This document shows positions 38,801 to 52,940 of a stretch of DNA of 64,000 nt, piece by piece. Source of the DNA: Paraspadella gotoi (taxonomy: Eukaryota; Animalia; Chaetognatha); contig CM119265.1 in NCBI GenBank assembly GCA_051294375.1, positions 7,450,629 to 7,514,628 of the forward strand, written 5' to 3'. The notes beneath the pieces were generated by a model, which saw nothing but the letters and a program-made list of their open reading frames with translations, ran no database searches and was not told where the DNA came from. The position numbers and the translations under genes are program-made. The first letter of the stretch is position 1, and every line of letters starts with the position of its first letter.

Positions 38801-39656
38801 TCTTCTCTCCTTTTCTTTTCCTTTCTTCCCCTTCGCTTCCGCATTCACCGCTGGTTCCCCCAAGAAAAAAAAAATCCGGAAAAGAAAGGAAATAAAAGGA
38901 GAAGAAAGGAAAAGAAAGGAAATAAAGAAAACGGTGGGAGAAAAAAAAGGGGGAAAAATGCNNNNNNNNNNNNNNNNNNNNNNNNNNNNNNNNNNNNNNN
39001 NNNNNNNNNNNNNNNNNNNNNNNNNNNNNNNNNNNNNNNNNNNNNNNNNNNNNNNNNNNNNNNNNNNNNNNNNNNNNNNNNNNNNNNNNNNNNNNNNNNN
39101 NNNNNNNNNNNNNNNNNNNNNNNNNNNNNNNNNNNNNNNNNNNNNNNNNNNNNNNNNNNNNNNNNNNNNNNNNNNNNNNNNNNNNNNNNNNNNNNNNNNN
39201 NNNNNNNNNNNGGAGAAAAGGTCTTTTGCGTTTCTTCGACTCAGATTATGAGTTCTCATCTTATTTTTGAGCGCAACTCGTTATGGAATTTGGGAGAGAA
39301 TGATGCCGTTCAATACAACCGATAGTCTTTGCGTGGGAATTCAATTTAAAATTTTTATGGGCAGTCGTTGGTTTCGCTAATAATTTTGGAATATTTTTTT
39401 TTTTCTAAAATGCTGGAGTCATGATATTATTTATTTAAATAATTGGATAATTTATATCTTGGTTGTACATATTTTATATCTGTCAGCTCCTCTTTTAGAT
39501 TGCAAGTGCGGAGTACAATATACTAATTACTATTCTTCCATCATACTTAAGGAGGAGTTATGCCTCTATAGAACTGAAACATTTCTTTAAAACATTATAC
39601 TGTAGTCGAGCATTGCCTAAGTTCACCCCGCCTATAAGCACGACACCTTCACTTGT

Positions 39657-40335
39657 GACCCGGTCGCTCATTGAGTAAAGAAATCATCTCATGACCACTA
39701 GGTACCGGGTTCAATCCCAACCAGCTTGCAGGATTCGGCCGTAAGCCCGCCTTTTGGGGCGGTGGCAATCCTCCTTTCAAAGCCTGGTTCACAAAGCCGC
39801 CAGGACCCGTTCGCATGGCTTACAATAAAGGGGGTTATAGAAGTTACGGATAGTCATTTTTCAGGCCCACTTAGCGCCTATCCACACTGGTGAGCCCATC
39901 CTGTCGAGCGTATTTCCAACCTTCTGATTTCCTCAGGACCCATGGGACGTGCTGAAGATTGCTCCCCTCCCTCANNNNNNNNNNNNNNNNNNNNNNNNNN
40001 NNNNNNNNNNNNNNNNNNNNNNNNNNNNNNNNNNNNNNNNNNNNNNNNNNNNNNNNNNNNNNNNNNNNNNNNNNNNNNNNNNNNNNNNNNNNNNNNNNNN
40101 NNNNNNNNNNNNNNNNNNNNNNNNNNNNNNNNNNNNNNNNCTGAAAGCAGTGCAGGGTGGGTTACAATCTGGGGGGCATGGCTGTTGAGGGGCGTAGAAG
40201 TTACGAATAGTAGTCTTCAGCCCACTTCGCGCCTTATCCACAATACCGCTACATTGATAGGGAAGCCAGGTACTCTGGAAGTGATTTAACTGGACTGTGA
40301 ATCTTGATTGAAATCTTGCAGGGCTCGGCTATGTT
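39657..40335 (+). mobile_element. tRNA-derived SINE-like element(s), interrupted by a gap
   Basis: Degenerate tRNA-like head 39657-39722 with A-box-like GGTCGCTCATTGAGT, CTCATGA in the anticodon position and B box GGTTCAATCC at 39708-39717. A ~55-bp body segment recurs at about 39833-39886 and 40189-40243. Composition is balanced, unlike the flanks. Confidence 0.55.
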
Positions 40336-41884
40336 ATTATCTTCTTGATGGAAGGGGGCCCAAATCCACCCTAGCCTTTCCAAAATCGGGGGCAAGATAA
40401 CCTATTTATTGAATAAATGCATAATTTATAATTGGTTGTACAATTTCACTGAATTAACATTTTACAATTTCGTTATTAAATGATCAAACGCAATCAGTGA
40501 AATTTCAAATCTAATCCGTGAAAAATTCAGACCATCCAAAAAAAAAAAAACATTTCCGCCGTCGAAGAATCGAATTGAATTTTCTCTCTCTCATTTTCCC
40601 AGTTTATTTTTTTTTCTCTCACGAATCGAAAGTCAATTAGTTTTTTCTCTCCTACGCACAAATTTGTTTCCTCGCTCCGATTAAAGGGCGCCGACAATTC
40701 TTGCCTGATTTTTTTCCGCCACCAGCCGCTTTCGACGAGGCGTCGCTTCCGCCCCAGCGTCCGCTACAGCCGCAGCGTCCGCTACAGCCGCAGCGTCCGA
40801 TTTCGCCGCAGCAACCGCAGCAGCATTCGCCACCCACAGTTTAGACAGCGGCGTGAATTTTTCTTCACATCCCATAATAATTTTTTTGTTTTTGGCCGCA
40901 GCGCATTTTTAAAACCACCATCCCGACCATAAAAAAAAAACTTCCGCCTTCTCGCCACCCGATCCACTCACTTTCTACCACCACCGTTTCCACCTTCTCA
41001 GGATTACCACCCTCTTCCGTCCGACGACGACGCGTCGACGGTCAACGACTCACAACCGACGACGTAAATTAACTACTAGAGNNNNNNNNNNNNNNNNNNN
41101 NNNNNNNNNNNNNNNNNNNNNNNNNNNNNNNNNNNNNNNNNNNNNNNNNNNNNNNNNNNNNNNNNNNNNNNNNNNNNNNNNNNNNNNNNNNNNNNNNNNN
41201 NNNNNNNNNNNNNNNNNNNNNNNNNNNNNNNNNNNNNNNNNNNNNNNNNNNNNNNNNNNNNNNNNNNNNNNNNNNNNNNNNNNNNNNNNNNNNNNNNNNN
41301 NNNNNNNNNNNNNNNNNNNNNNNNNNNNNNNNNNNNNNNNNNGAGAGAGAGAGAGAGAGAGAGAGAGAGTCTTTTTTGGATTCTTTCCATTCACTCTATT
41401 TGTTGCCGATTTTCTTCCTTTACGTTTTGTTTCGGGTTCCTCGATATCGCCGGAGGGGAAAAAGGGGAAAATTAGGGGAGGAAAGGAAAGGGAAGGAATA
41501 AAGGAAAAAAAGAAAGGAAAAAAGGAGGGCAATACATGGAAATTAAAAAAAAACAACGACAACAAAGAAGGTGAAAGTCAAGAGAATAAAAAAGGTACAA
41601 AACCTAAAATATAAACTTAAAACGGGTAAGAAAACTAAACAAAGTCAAATAGCAAAAAGAAAACAAAACAAAAAACAAAAGGGAATTCTAGAAACAAAAG
41701 AAAAGGAGAATAAAATACAGAAAAAAAAGTGAAAACCAAAGAGAAAAGAAGAAATAAAAAGGGAAAGAAATCGATAATAGTCATACGCGATCTTTTCTCT
41801 TTTCTCTTTGTGTCTCTTGTTTCTTCTTCGCATCTTCGCTTCTCTCGAAAGAGAAGAGGAGCAGATGTTTGGAACCGGGGTCGA

Positions 41885-41915
<31 letters not shown>

Positions 41916-42951
41916 CGCTCCATCTCAATGTTTTTTCCGCCCCATCGGCGTTTCATGAACGGTGAGCTGTTTCGCCAGTTTTCCGTTTCTGCTCGAGAAT
42001 CAATAAAATCAACAAAAACGTTTTTTTTTTGTTTTTTTTTTTGGCGTTCGTTGGTTCGTTCTTCGTTTCGTTCCCTAGTCCGTTCATTGGTTAGTTTCTT
42101 CTTTCGTTGGTTAGTTGATTCGCTCGTTCGTTCTTCGACACTGATCTTTGTCACCGGTTGTAGATTACTGCAGATGGTTGCAAGCAAATGTCACTCTTGA
42201 CCGTTGACAGCATTTTCTTGAGTTGGTGTCGTCTTATGTAGTTAAATTGGTGTTGGTCGCCTGAGGTCATTTCGGGGTATTCGTTATTTATTCTGGAATA
42301 TCTACGATTAGTNNNNNNNNNNNNNNNNNNNNNNNNNNNNNNNNNNNNNNNNNNNNNNNNNNNNNNNNNNNNNNNNNNNNNNNNNNNNNNNNNNNNNNNN
42401 NNNNNNNNNNNNNNNNNNNNNNNNNNNNNNNNNNNNNNNNNNNNNNNNNNNNNNNNNNNNNNNNNNNNNNNNNNNNNNNNNNNNNNNNNNNNNNNNNNNN
42501 NNNNNNNNNNNNNNNNNNNNNNNNNNNNNNNNNNNNNNNNNNNNNNNNNNNNNNNNNNNNNNNNNNNNNNNNNNNNNNNNNNNNNNNNNNNNNNNNNNNN
42601 NNNNNNNNNNNNNNNNNNNNNNNNNNNNNNNNNNNNNNNNNNNNNNNNNNNNNNNNNNNNNNNNNNNNNNNNNNNNNNNNNNNNNNNNNNNNNNNNNNNN
42701 NNNNNNNNNNNNNNNNNNNNNNNNNNNNNNNNNNNNNNNNNNNNNNNNNNNNNNNNNNNNNNNNNNNNNNNNNNNNNNNNNNNNNNNNNNNNNNNNNNNN
42801 NNNNNNNNNNNNNNNNNNNNNNNNNNNNNNNNNNNNNNNNNNNNNNNNNNNNNNNNNNNNNNNNNNNNNNNNNNNNNNNNNNNNNNNNNNNNNNNNNNNN
42901 NNNNNNNNNNNNNNNNNNNNNNNNNNNNNNNNNNNNNNNNNNNNNNNNNNN

Positions 42952-42983
<32 letters not shown>

Positions 42984-43231
42984 TCCCGCCCTCGTCGGCA
43001 CCGTCGTCGCCTTCGTCGTCGTTTTCCTCCCTTCAAGTGTCTTTTGTTTTTCAGTCAAAAAGATCAAACTCTCCACTAAATCATTTTTCCTTCTCTTTCT
43101 CAAGACGGCGCTACGCGAGGCGAATTAACCAACGAACAGTTGAACAATCCCTTTGCATTTCGACTCTTTTTTACTTTTTTACTTTTTTACTTTTTTTTTT
43201 CTCGCGCCACTAAGCTCACTATATTTTTTTT

Positions 43232-43312
43232 TATTTCCCTAACGCTTGATCTTGATCTTGATCTTGATCTTGATCTTGATCTTGATCTTCTATTTCCCTA
43301 ACGCTTGATCTT
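43232..43312. repeat. (CTTGAT)n hexamer run inside a local duplication of TATTTCCCTAACGCTTGATCTT
   Basis: The same 22-mer starts at about 43232 and 43291. The first copy carries about 7 hexamer units. Confidence 0.85.
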
Positions 43313-43489
43313 CTATATTTTCTTTCTCCCTTTTAAGATTTTAGTAAAAAAATTTCCTCGGCAGTTTTTTTTCCATTTTTTCTCGCTTTCTTTTCTTTTT
43401 TTTCTTTTTCTATTATTCTTCTCTTTTCCTCTTTCCCCCATAATCTCCTTCAATCTCCATGTGTTCTGCCTTCATTTCCCTTTTCATCC

Positions 43490-43760
43490 TTTTCCACTCC
43501 TCCATTTTCCTTTTCCTTCTTTTCCACTCCTCCATTTTCCCTTTCCTTCTTTTTCACTCATCCATTTTCCTTTTCCTTCTTTTCCACTCCTCCATTTTCC
43601 CTTTCCTTCTTTTCCACTCCTCTATTTTCCCTTTCCTTCTTTTCCACTCCTCTATTTTCCCTTTCCTTCTTTTCCACTCCTCTATTTTCCCTTTCCTTCT
43701 TTTCTACTCCTCCATTTTCTCTTTCCTTTTTTTCCACTCCTCCATTTTCTCTTTCCTCCT
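43490..43760. repeat. 30-bp pyrimidine minisatellite, about 9 copies
   Basis: Unit TTTCCACTCCTCCATTTTCCCTTTCCTTCT in exact 30-bp register. Confidence 0.92.
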
Positions 43761-44125
43761 TTTCTTCTCCCCTTCCTCGCCCCTCAACTCATAATTTACT
43801 TCGCAAGCATCACAAAATGTTTCTCGCCTTTTTTTCCTCCGACTTCTCGAGTTTTTGCCTTTTCATTCTTTCTTCCTTTTTCACAAAAACTTTATCATCT
43901 CGCAAATTTTCATTTAATTCCTTCTTTTTTTTGTATTTCTTTTTTCTTCCTTCTATCTTTATTACATTCTTTCATTCTTTAGACTTTTCCTTTTTGGACC
44001 GCCCTGAGTTTATTTTTTTTTACCTTCTTGTTCTCTGTTTATTTTCTTTTTTTTTCTTTTTCTTTTTCTCCCCCATTCGCTCTCCCCTTCTGTTCTTACC
44101 GTCTTTTCATAGCACGTGTTTTTTC

Positions 44126-44156
<31 letters not shown>

Positions 44157-46117
44157 NNNNNNNNNNNNNNNNNNNNNNNNNNNNNNNNNNNNNNNNNNNN
44201 NNNNNNNNNNNNNNNNNNNNNNNNNNNNNNNNNNNNNNNNNNNNNNNNNNNNNNNNNNNNNNNNNNNNNNNNNNNNNNNNNNNNNNNNNNNNNNNNNNNN
44301 NNNNNNNNNNNNNNNNNNNNNNNNNNNNNNNNNNNNNNNNNNNNNNNNNNNNNNNNNNNNNNNNNNNNNNNNNNNNNNNNNNNNNNNNNNNNNNNNNNNN
44401 NNNNNNNNNNNNNNNNNNNNNNNNCTCTCTCTCCCTCTCTCTCTCCCCGGTAATAATAATCCAACCTTCTCAACCGCGAGTCCTTTTCTTCGATTCCTCT
44501 GCTCATTTGTTTTGGTCCGAAGGATTGATAAATGGTGGTCGTCGGCGTTGTTGGCGGCGCTGGCGTCCTCTACGTCGACGATGAAGACGATAGGTAGGAG
44601 GAAGAAGGAGAGAGAGAAGGGGGGGAGAGGGAGAGAGAGCGACCGAAGCGCCACTCTCGGGATGTTACGTGTCATCGGCCGGAGAGAAATCCATTCGTTT
44701 GCGATTATCTTCGCCGCCGCAAAAACCGGAAGTTCCGCGTGGAAAACAAGAGGGGAAGGAAAGGGAGAAAAAAATAAGAAAAAAAGAGGAAAAGGAAGGA
44801 AGAAAAGTAATAATAAAAAATGGAAAAAGAGAGAAAAAAAGGAAAAATATAAAAGGAAAGTAATAATGAAAAAGGAAAAAAATAAAAGAAAAAAGAAGTT
44901 AAGAATAAAAAAGAAAGTAAAAAAGATAAAAAGACCAATTAAGAAATATCCAACAAAAACAAATAAACAAACAAAAAAAAATACTGAAGTAAACAATTAA
45001 CAAAGTTTAAGTAAAAATTAAAAAATTCATGGGCCACTTTTTTTGCCCGCTCAGCCCTCGGTCGTGCAATTGCATTTCTCTCGGCCTCTCGGTCGTCCGT
45101 CTCGTCATCTTATCTCGTCGTCCAGTCTTGTCGTTTCGTGTCAAAGAAATTGACCTCGGCTTCAGCGCGGATGACAAGGCAATGAGTCAAGGAAGCCTGA
45201 GAAATTGAATCGGGAAAAGGGCGTCCAAAACGAGGCAGACTAGTTTTGGCGGGAAAATTCGAATATAAAATTTTGCAACAGCGAAGTAAACATAGAATTA
45301 GAAAAGAAGGGAAAAACCAAAACAAAGAACAAAACGCAAAGAAAAGTTAAGACTCTTTTCACTCTCTATTTTTTTCTCCAAACTAGAGTTATAACTGGTA
45401 AAGTGAAATCCCCAAAAGAAGTTTAAAAGAAGAAAAATAAGAAGAAGCTCTTTAAAAAATACATAAAAAAAAAAAAANNNNNNNNNNNNNNNNNNNNNNN
45501 NNNNNNNNNNNNNNNNNNNNNNNNNNNNNNNNNNNNNNNNNNNNNNNNNNNNNNNNNNNNNNNNNNNNNNNNNNNNNNNNNNNNNNNNNNNNNNNNNNNN
45601 NNNNNNNNNNNNNNNNNNNNNNNNNNNNNNNNNNNNNNTCTCTCTCTCTCTCTCTCTCGTTGCATGAGGATTGAAGAAACTCTGCGCAGGTGGAAAATGT
45701 TCCTCGTTCCATAAATAAAGCGACGAGGGCTGGAGAGGAAAAAACAGAGAAGAGAAGTTGAGAGGAAATTAAGGAAGAGAAGATAAGAGAGAAAAAGAGA
45801 AGAGAAGTAGAGAGGAAATTAAGGAAGAGAATATAAGAGAGAAAAAAAGAAGAAAAAGATGATCGAAGAGGAAAAAGAACTAAAAAGAGAATAAAGTTTA
45901 GAGAAAAAGGAATAAAAATAAAGAGAGGAATAGAGAAAGAAAGAGAGAAAGTAAAGAAGAGAAAAAAAGAATAAGAAAGAAAAAAGGGAAAGAAAAATAG
46001 AAAAATAGAAAGAGACAAATTTAAGGAAGACAGACAGAGATCATCGGGACAGAGACAGAGACAGAAAAAAAAGTTTTTCTATTTTTTACGACTTCGTCAC
46101 ATGCAAATTAAACGAAC

Positions 46118-46233
<116 letters not shown>

Positions 46234-47193
46234 ACGACCAACGACTGAGTCCGATGCCAAACGATCAAAACGCACGCACGAACGCGCGCGTCGCCAAGAT
46301 TTTTTGCGTGCGAATCTCGCGCGCGACAAAGATTCGAAAAAGAATTCGCAAATCGGAAAAGAATCTTCGCGCGCGCGAAAATTCAAACTCGATCTTTAAA
46401 AAGATTTTTAAAAATAATCAAATGGTGGCCGGAGAGATTCGGGAGTAAAATATGTATGACGACGGTATTTTGGGGTATTGGTTTTTGAAAATACAATATT
46501 AGGATTCTCAGGCAAATAAAAGAAATATTATTAAAAATACTATTAATTTATAGTGATATTATAGTATATATATGTATAATTGTATATATTATAGTTTATG
46601 AAAAAAAGGAAAAAAGCAAAAGGTCTTTTGAATGTCATACTCTTAAATTCATACTGGTAAAGTCGTGAGACCACAACATCCAAGTGTGATACAAATATGC
46701 AATAAACCCTAAATTAATTTTTAATGGAATATCCAAACAAATGAAGTGGAACAACAGTAATAACCGGATACTTTGATCGTCCGAACGAAAAAATTGCATC
46801 AGACACTGCGGCGTCAATTTTTTGATTTCGCAGTTAGATTTAACAGTGCGATTATAAACAATTAAGAGTCTGATTCGACCAACGTCGAGTCTTAGCGACG
46901 GCGCATCGATTTGAATTTGGCTTTGATCGCTGATTATGAGAATCCTGCCTCGGGATTCACAGGACTCACAGGATTCACATGCGGATTCGTGACGTATCAA
47001 GTCGTTTACTGATGACGTCATTGGAAGGAGGAGGAGGAGGAAAGAAAAGAAGAAGGAGGTAGAAAAAGGAAGGGAGGAAAGGGAGGTGGAAAGGAGAAAA
47101 AGAAAAGGGAAGAGATAGAATATCGGGATTGATTGGAAGATAGGAGTCGATGGTGGGAAAGTTAGGGAGGGGGAAAAAAGGAGGAAAAAAAAG

Positions 47194-47390
47194 TAGACAA
47201 CTTGGGAAATAAGAAGGTAGAGGAAAAAGTGGAGGAAAAGGAGAAAAGGAGAAAAAAAGAAAAAATAGACAACTTGGGATATAAGAAGGTAGAGGAAAAA
47301 GTGGAGGAAAAGGAGAAAGGGAGAAAAAAAGAAAAAATAGACAACTTGGGAAATAATAAGGTAGAGGAAAAAGTAGAGGAAAGGGAGGAA
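47194..47390. repeat. 72-bp tandem repeat, about 2.7 copies
   Basis: TAGACAACTTGGGA starts at 47194, 47266 and 47338. Confidence 0.9.
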
Positions 47391-47568
47391 GAGAAAAAAG
47401 AGAAGAAAAGTTAAAGAAGGATTGATCGGAAGCGGAGGAAAAGTTGGAGGAAGGAAAATGAGAGGAAGACAATGACGAGGAGGTCCTCTTGCTCTTTTCT
47501 CTGGAATTCGAAGAAAATCGAAAAAGAAGGCCTTGGGGAGTGAAAGAGAGAGAGAGAGAGAGAGGAGA

Positions 47569-47611
<43 letters not shown>

Positions 47612-50171
47612 AGAGAGACTCCAATGTTGGGCTGGAGGCCGGTGCCAACGGAGGCAAGACGTGTTGTCGGATTTTTCACTGATTAAATTTTGTTTTTTCT
47701 CGCCCTAAGAAAAAAAAAATGTGAGCTGTTTGTCGGGGATTTAAGGGGACCAAGTGTGAACAGGGGGGGTAAAAAAAGCTGAAACATAACGTTTGACCCT
47801 TTTAACTTAAGCTGGTTCTGATCATATAATTTTTCTTCTATAATCATTTGGGAAAGTAGTTAAAAAATTCTGATAAAAATCAGCGAGCTTAATTTTCTGT
47901 TTAAAAATCGGTAAGAAGTAAAATCTTTTTCAAGTTTTAAAATTTTTTTTTCCAAAAAAGTTGTAAGATCTAATTTAAAAGATTTTCAGCTTTAACACAA
48001 AAATTTATAGAAAAAAAACTAGGAATGAATCAAAATTCAAGCGTATCGACTGATTTATTTAAACTTCTTTTTCAAATGATTCTGTTATTGGGATACAAAA
48101 AACTCTTTGAAGTAATAATATAATATAAAAGAAAAGAAAGATTCTGTGACTTTTGCTAAATTTTAATTGTGTTATAATTAGGAATCGAAGTATAGGTGTT
48201 AGAATTATACATTTAGGGATGAATAGTGAATATTAATTAATAATTATTAGCAGTATTTGTTCTGTAAGATAGAATTTAGGTTTGATTTGTCTGCTTTGAA
48301 GTAATAATAAAAAATATAAAAATATTAGTCTTGTAAAGCCGTTTGTTCATGAGGCTTAAAGCCTAAAAATTGATAGCTTTGTGCAGCAGGTAAAAGAATA
48401 AAAAATTGGAATTTAGTAAAAATACTTTCTAATGCAGAAAATAAAATAATGGATTATATAAATATTTAGGTTAGGGTTCAACTAATTGTTTTTTTTCATA
48501 GATGGTGTATTAAATTTTTGGGTTTCACGCTACAATAAGAGATAGGATTTTTTGCCACTTTGCCCGTGGCAAAGAAAAATTAATGACATACCATTCAAAT
48601 TCCTTTGATGATGAGCGCGCTTAAGTTATGATATCATTTTATTCACTGGGTCCCTTAAGAAGAGCGTTTCTTAGACTGTTTGCGCGGTAGTTTAGTGGCC
48701 GCGCTCTCGGTTCACTTTTAGCGTGGGCGTAAGATGGTAATCAATCGGAGAAATATTTATTCCTTAATGCGATTGTTTAGAATAACATAAGCAGATTGCA
48801 GACTGCAGAGGGACTAAATCAAGTTAGGAAGGAAGGAAAAATTACATAAGAAAAAAAGATGAATAAATGAATAATGAAAAGTTAAATAAAAGATAGAGGA
48901 AAAACTGAATATAAATACAAAATCTTTCAAAATAAACAAAAAGTTTCCAGGGTCATTTTGTTTAACTTTCGTTATGATATTGACAATTTACCCATCATTG
49001 CACTCGTAACCTTCACAATGTCTCGCCCGCACATTCCAACAAAACGTGTCCGCCCGCCCGCGGACGCATCAATGAAAAAAAAAATTCAGGCTGAAGGAAA
49101 CAGTTTTCCGGAATCGTTCTTCTGTTCCCCATTTCCCGCTCTTCTCATTGTTCTTATGTTCCTTTTCTCCCCCAAGTTCTCATTGTTCTTATGTTCATTC
49201 CCCTTTTTTTGTTCCTTCTTTCCATCGGCGCGACGCCGTCGACTTTCATTATCTCGGATGCTCTTTTGTTCCCATTGTACTGTTCGTCGTTTCGTCGGAC
49301 AGAGGACGCTTCAAAAACGTTCGGACGCCGACGTAAATTCAAGGATGAAATTTTGAAATATATGCTACATCGAAGAAAATTTCTTATTTTAACAATCTAA
49401 GCAGGTTTAAACGATAAACGCCGGAAGCGTTAAAATATAAAGGGACTCAGAGACCGACCGACCAAAAAATATCTTTTGAGAGCCTCGACGAATCGCGTCT
49501 GAAAATACTGTTCCTTTACAACGACTTCAGCCACAAATCTCGACTCAATTCTTCATCTCGACTGCGTTCGATGTGGAGCCATTCAACGGTCGCTCCTTTC
49601 CTCCTCATTTTCTTTTCTCCTTTTTTTCCCTGATTTTTCTTTTCTCTTTTTCTCTTCATTTTATTCTTTCTTTTCTTTCACATTTTTCCTCTTATTTTAT
49701 TAGTTTTCTTTTTTTTTTATTTCTACACTTCTTGGCCTTCTTTTGGCAAAAAGTTAAAGAGATGACATGTCAACCTTTTGACTCGCCTTTTGTTCTGTCT
49801 CATGCTTTTCTTTTTACTAGTTTACTAGTTACTTTTCTCTAAAAAACCTCTGCCACTTTCAAAATTTTCTGTTATCGCATTTTATCCCTTTTCCCCCCCA
49901 TTTTCCCGCCGCCACCTTTCTCTCTTACCTTGCCACTACCCCATTCCTTCCCCTCCTCCACCTACCAAACCCCCCGACACACCCCCCACTCTCCCCGATT
50001 CACTCTCCCGACTTCATCATCATCAACTCCATCATTAAGTCGCGTCGCTTCATCTTTACTTCACCGCGTTGTGTATTTAACTACTTGATAAAGGCCTCCG
50101 TTCCGCGCGGAATCTCCCCATCATCGCCGTCGGTCTCCTTCGCCTTGCCGACCCGACCCGACCGACGGACA

Positions 50172-50244
50172 TTGCCGACGGCTCAGACCGACGGGGAGAC
50201 CGACGGCTCAGACCGACGGCTCAGACCGACGGCTCAGACCGACG
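50172..50244. repeat. 13-bp repeat (CAGACCGACGGCT)n, about 5 copies
   Basis: Directly visible. Confidence 0.85.
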
Positions 50245-51687
50245 AAAGAAGCCGACGCCGTCGGTCCGCTCTTTTCCGTATTTTTTCCCGCCATTGGACT
50301 GGCGTTGGTGACCGTTCGCGACATCATTATTGCGAACCGTTAATAGTCGAGACTCGACCATCATCAAAAACCTGGAATGAAAAGTTTTCGTTAGGTTGAA
50401 ATCGAGATTTGGTCTATGCGTGATTTACGTTTAAAAACGTATTACTTTGTTAAAAACTTAATACTAAATTTAATTGTTTAGTCATGGCAAAGTTGGGCAT
50501 AACATAAAATTAACTGACTCGCCCGAAATCCACAGTTTTAAGTCTATTCACCGTTGTCGCTTTATATTTTAATTAATTAATTTTATTTAATTAACTGTTT
50601 TTTTTCTCTCTATTTTATAATTTTTTTTTTTTGCTTAGACTTAGTCTATCTTTTTTTGTTTGTTTGTTGATGATGATTGTACTGAATCAACCTCGTTGTA
50701 TTCGAATAAAATCGCATATATAATTATCTCCAACGATAAATTACTGGACAAATCTAGAACTACAATCACCATCCATGTCCACCCAAATGATCATTGATCA
50801 CTGGTTTCTTTACCAGTCACTTACCAATCATTTACGCCTCACAAATCACCATCCAAGCCGTAACGTTCCCCTTCTTACCCTCGAGGAATCTGGAAGTAAC
50901 TAACGTTTCTCTCATTTCCCGTCTTACTCGGGGGAGGAAAAAAAGTTTAAAGTCATTATGTCAAAAAGTGGACAAAAAAGTCAAGGACTAAAAATATGTT
51001 TAATTTATATGAATTCATATTTTTCTACCGGTCGTAATCGGAAATTTTTTTCCTTTTTTTTAATTAGTACCAATAACGATTAACACAATTAAGAACAAAA
51101 GACAATAACGGCGTAAAAAGATTAGTAAAAAATAACTTTATAACAAAAACAAAAGATAGTTTATAGGTTCAATTATTAAACGAATAGATAATTAATTTAA
51201 ATTGTTTGAACCAATTTATAATAAAAGACATAAAAGATAAACATTGAACAAGAACTTTTTATTTTTTCAGTATATAAAAATAATTTATCCATGGTATATA
51301 TGAAGACTCGAAAATCTCTGAGTCGAAACATGTCTGCAACTTATTAATAATAAAATCGTTGTAACAATTCAAATTTCCTTGTAAAAACAATTTAATAAAG
51401 TTTACAGCATTTCATGTAAAAAGTAAAAATTGAATTTTTTACGATTACCTAGTAATGTAATTCGTTTAAAATCAAAATCTAATGCAAGATTAAAGCTTTA
51501 TAAAATATTATTACTCTACAGTATTACTTCCTTAATTATTAGGCTTAGATAAGTTGACATGACAATGACTACAAATTAGAGATGACTTTGAAAAGCACGT
51601 CCTTTATGCAGCTACATGCAAATAAGATTTAAGAATAAATTCCAAAATATATTCCTCGTAATGCTGAGATGATAAAGGATGAAATTG

Positions 51688-51718
<31 letters not shown>

Positions 51719-52128
51719 TCATCAACATCATGTTTCACGACGTCGTCTTCCGATGTTTATCCTTGTCGTTGTTTAACGCCTTCCGCCTCGAATTCTCTTC
51801 TCTTCTCTCCCTAATTTCAACACTTTTTACCTCCTTTTCTCCCCTTCCTCCTCTCCCTTGTTTTCTATTCAACGCTCCTCATCCGATCATCATTTCTTCA
51901 CTCCTTCATTCCCCTTCCTTATTCGCCCTGTACCACAAATCCTTTTCTTTTTTTTTTTCTCCTTTTTTTCTTTTTTTCTTCTCGCCCTGCTGCTCCTCTC
52001 TCGCTCCTCCTCCCCTCAATCTCCCGTCGCAATTTAATCTCATCTCATCGAAAATCTTGCCTTCAACGCGTTTAGGGGCCATGCGCCCAAGTGGGCGTCG
52101 CGTTTTGGAAACGACAATCGTCTCTCTC

Positions 52129-52195
<67 letters not shown>

Positions 52196-52672
52196 ATATG
52201 TCTGCTTCAGGATATTTAGTTTTATAAAACTAAACTAAAAAAAATAAATATATTATCACGACTTCAAGGAAACTTTAACTATTAAGTATTTATTATTTAA
52301 TAAAATATAAATCGCTGCTACAATAATTGTCAATTTATTCTCTCGCGCGCAGCCGTCGCTTCACCATGGACCTGTTGTCAGGCATCAGCTTTGTCCCTCG
52401 TCGTTGTTCAGACTCAAACCAAATTAGGCTGGCTTTAATTTCGACAGAATCAGCATCTCTCTCTCTCTCTTACTCTCTTTCTTTCTCGCTAACTTTCGCT
52501 CTCTCTCTCTCTTTCTTCCCCCCTATCTTTTTCTCTCTCTCTCTCTCTAGCACTAATGAGACAAGAAATTTAGTAACTTAACATTGGAGTCATATCTGTT
52601 GAAAATGGTAATATTATTCGCCATATCGTTTTGCTTTTCTGTTGATGTATTTTCTTTTTCCATATGTTGTCT

Positions 52673-52710
<38 letters not shown>

Positions 52711-52857
52711 CTCTTCTCTCTCCTCTCTCTCCTCCTCTCTCTCTCTCTTTCTCTCTCGCCTTCGAGCCAAAAGGCAATGTATTTTTTCTGTTGTGCCGCC
52801 TTTATTTGGTAAATGGCATGGCATGAGAAATAAGACAAACAACACTAAATAGGCCGT

Positions 52858-52892
<35 letters not shown>

Positions 52893-52940
52893 CCACATGA
52901 CTCATGTTTTCCTCTTCCCCTCGCCGGTTTCGAAGGATTC

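Noticed and set aside
39657-39730. Functional tRNA-Met gene
   Set aside because: The B box is present but the acceptor, anticodon and T stems do not pair properly, so it is treated as a SINE head.
45715-45745. ATRAGE resembling the SNF2 helicase motif STRAGG
   Set aside because: It is on the wrong strand for the CHD gene, the flanks are low-complexity and no neighbouring helicase motifs are present.
48680-48720. tRNA-like start GCGCGGTAGTTTAGTGG
   Set aside because: A-box-like only, with no properly spaced B box or cloverleaf.
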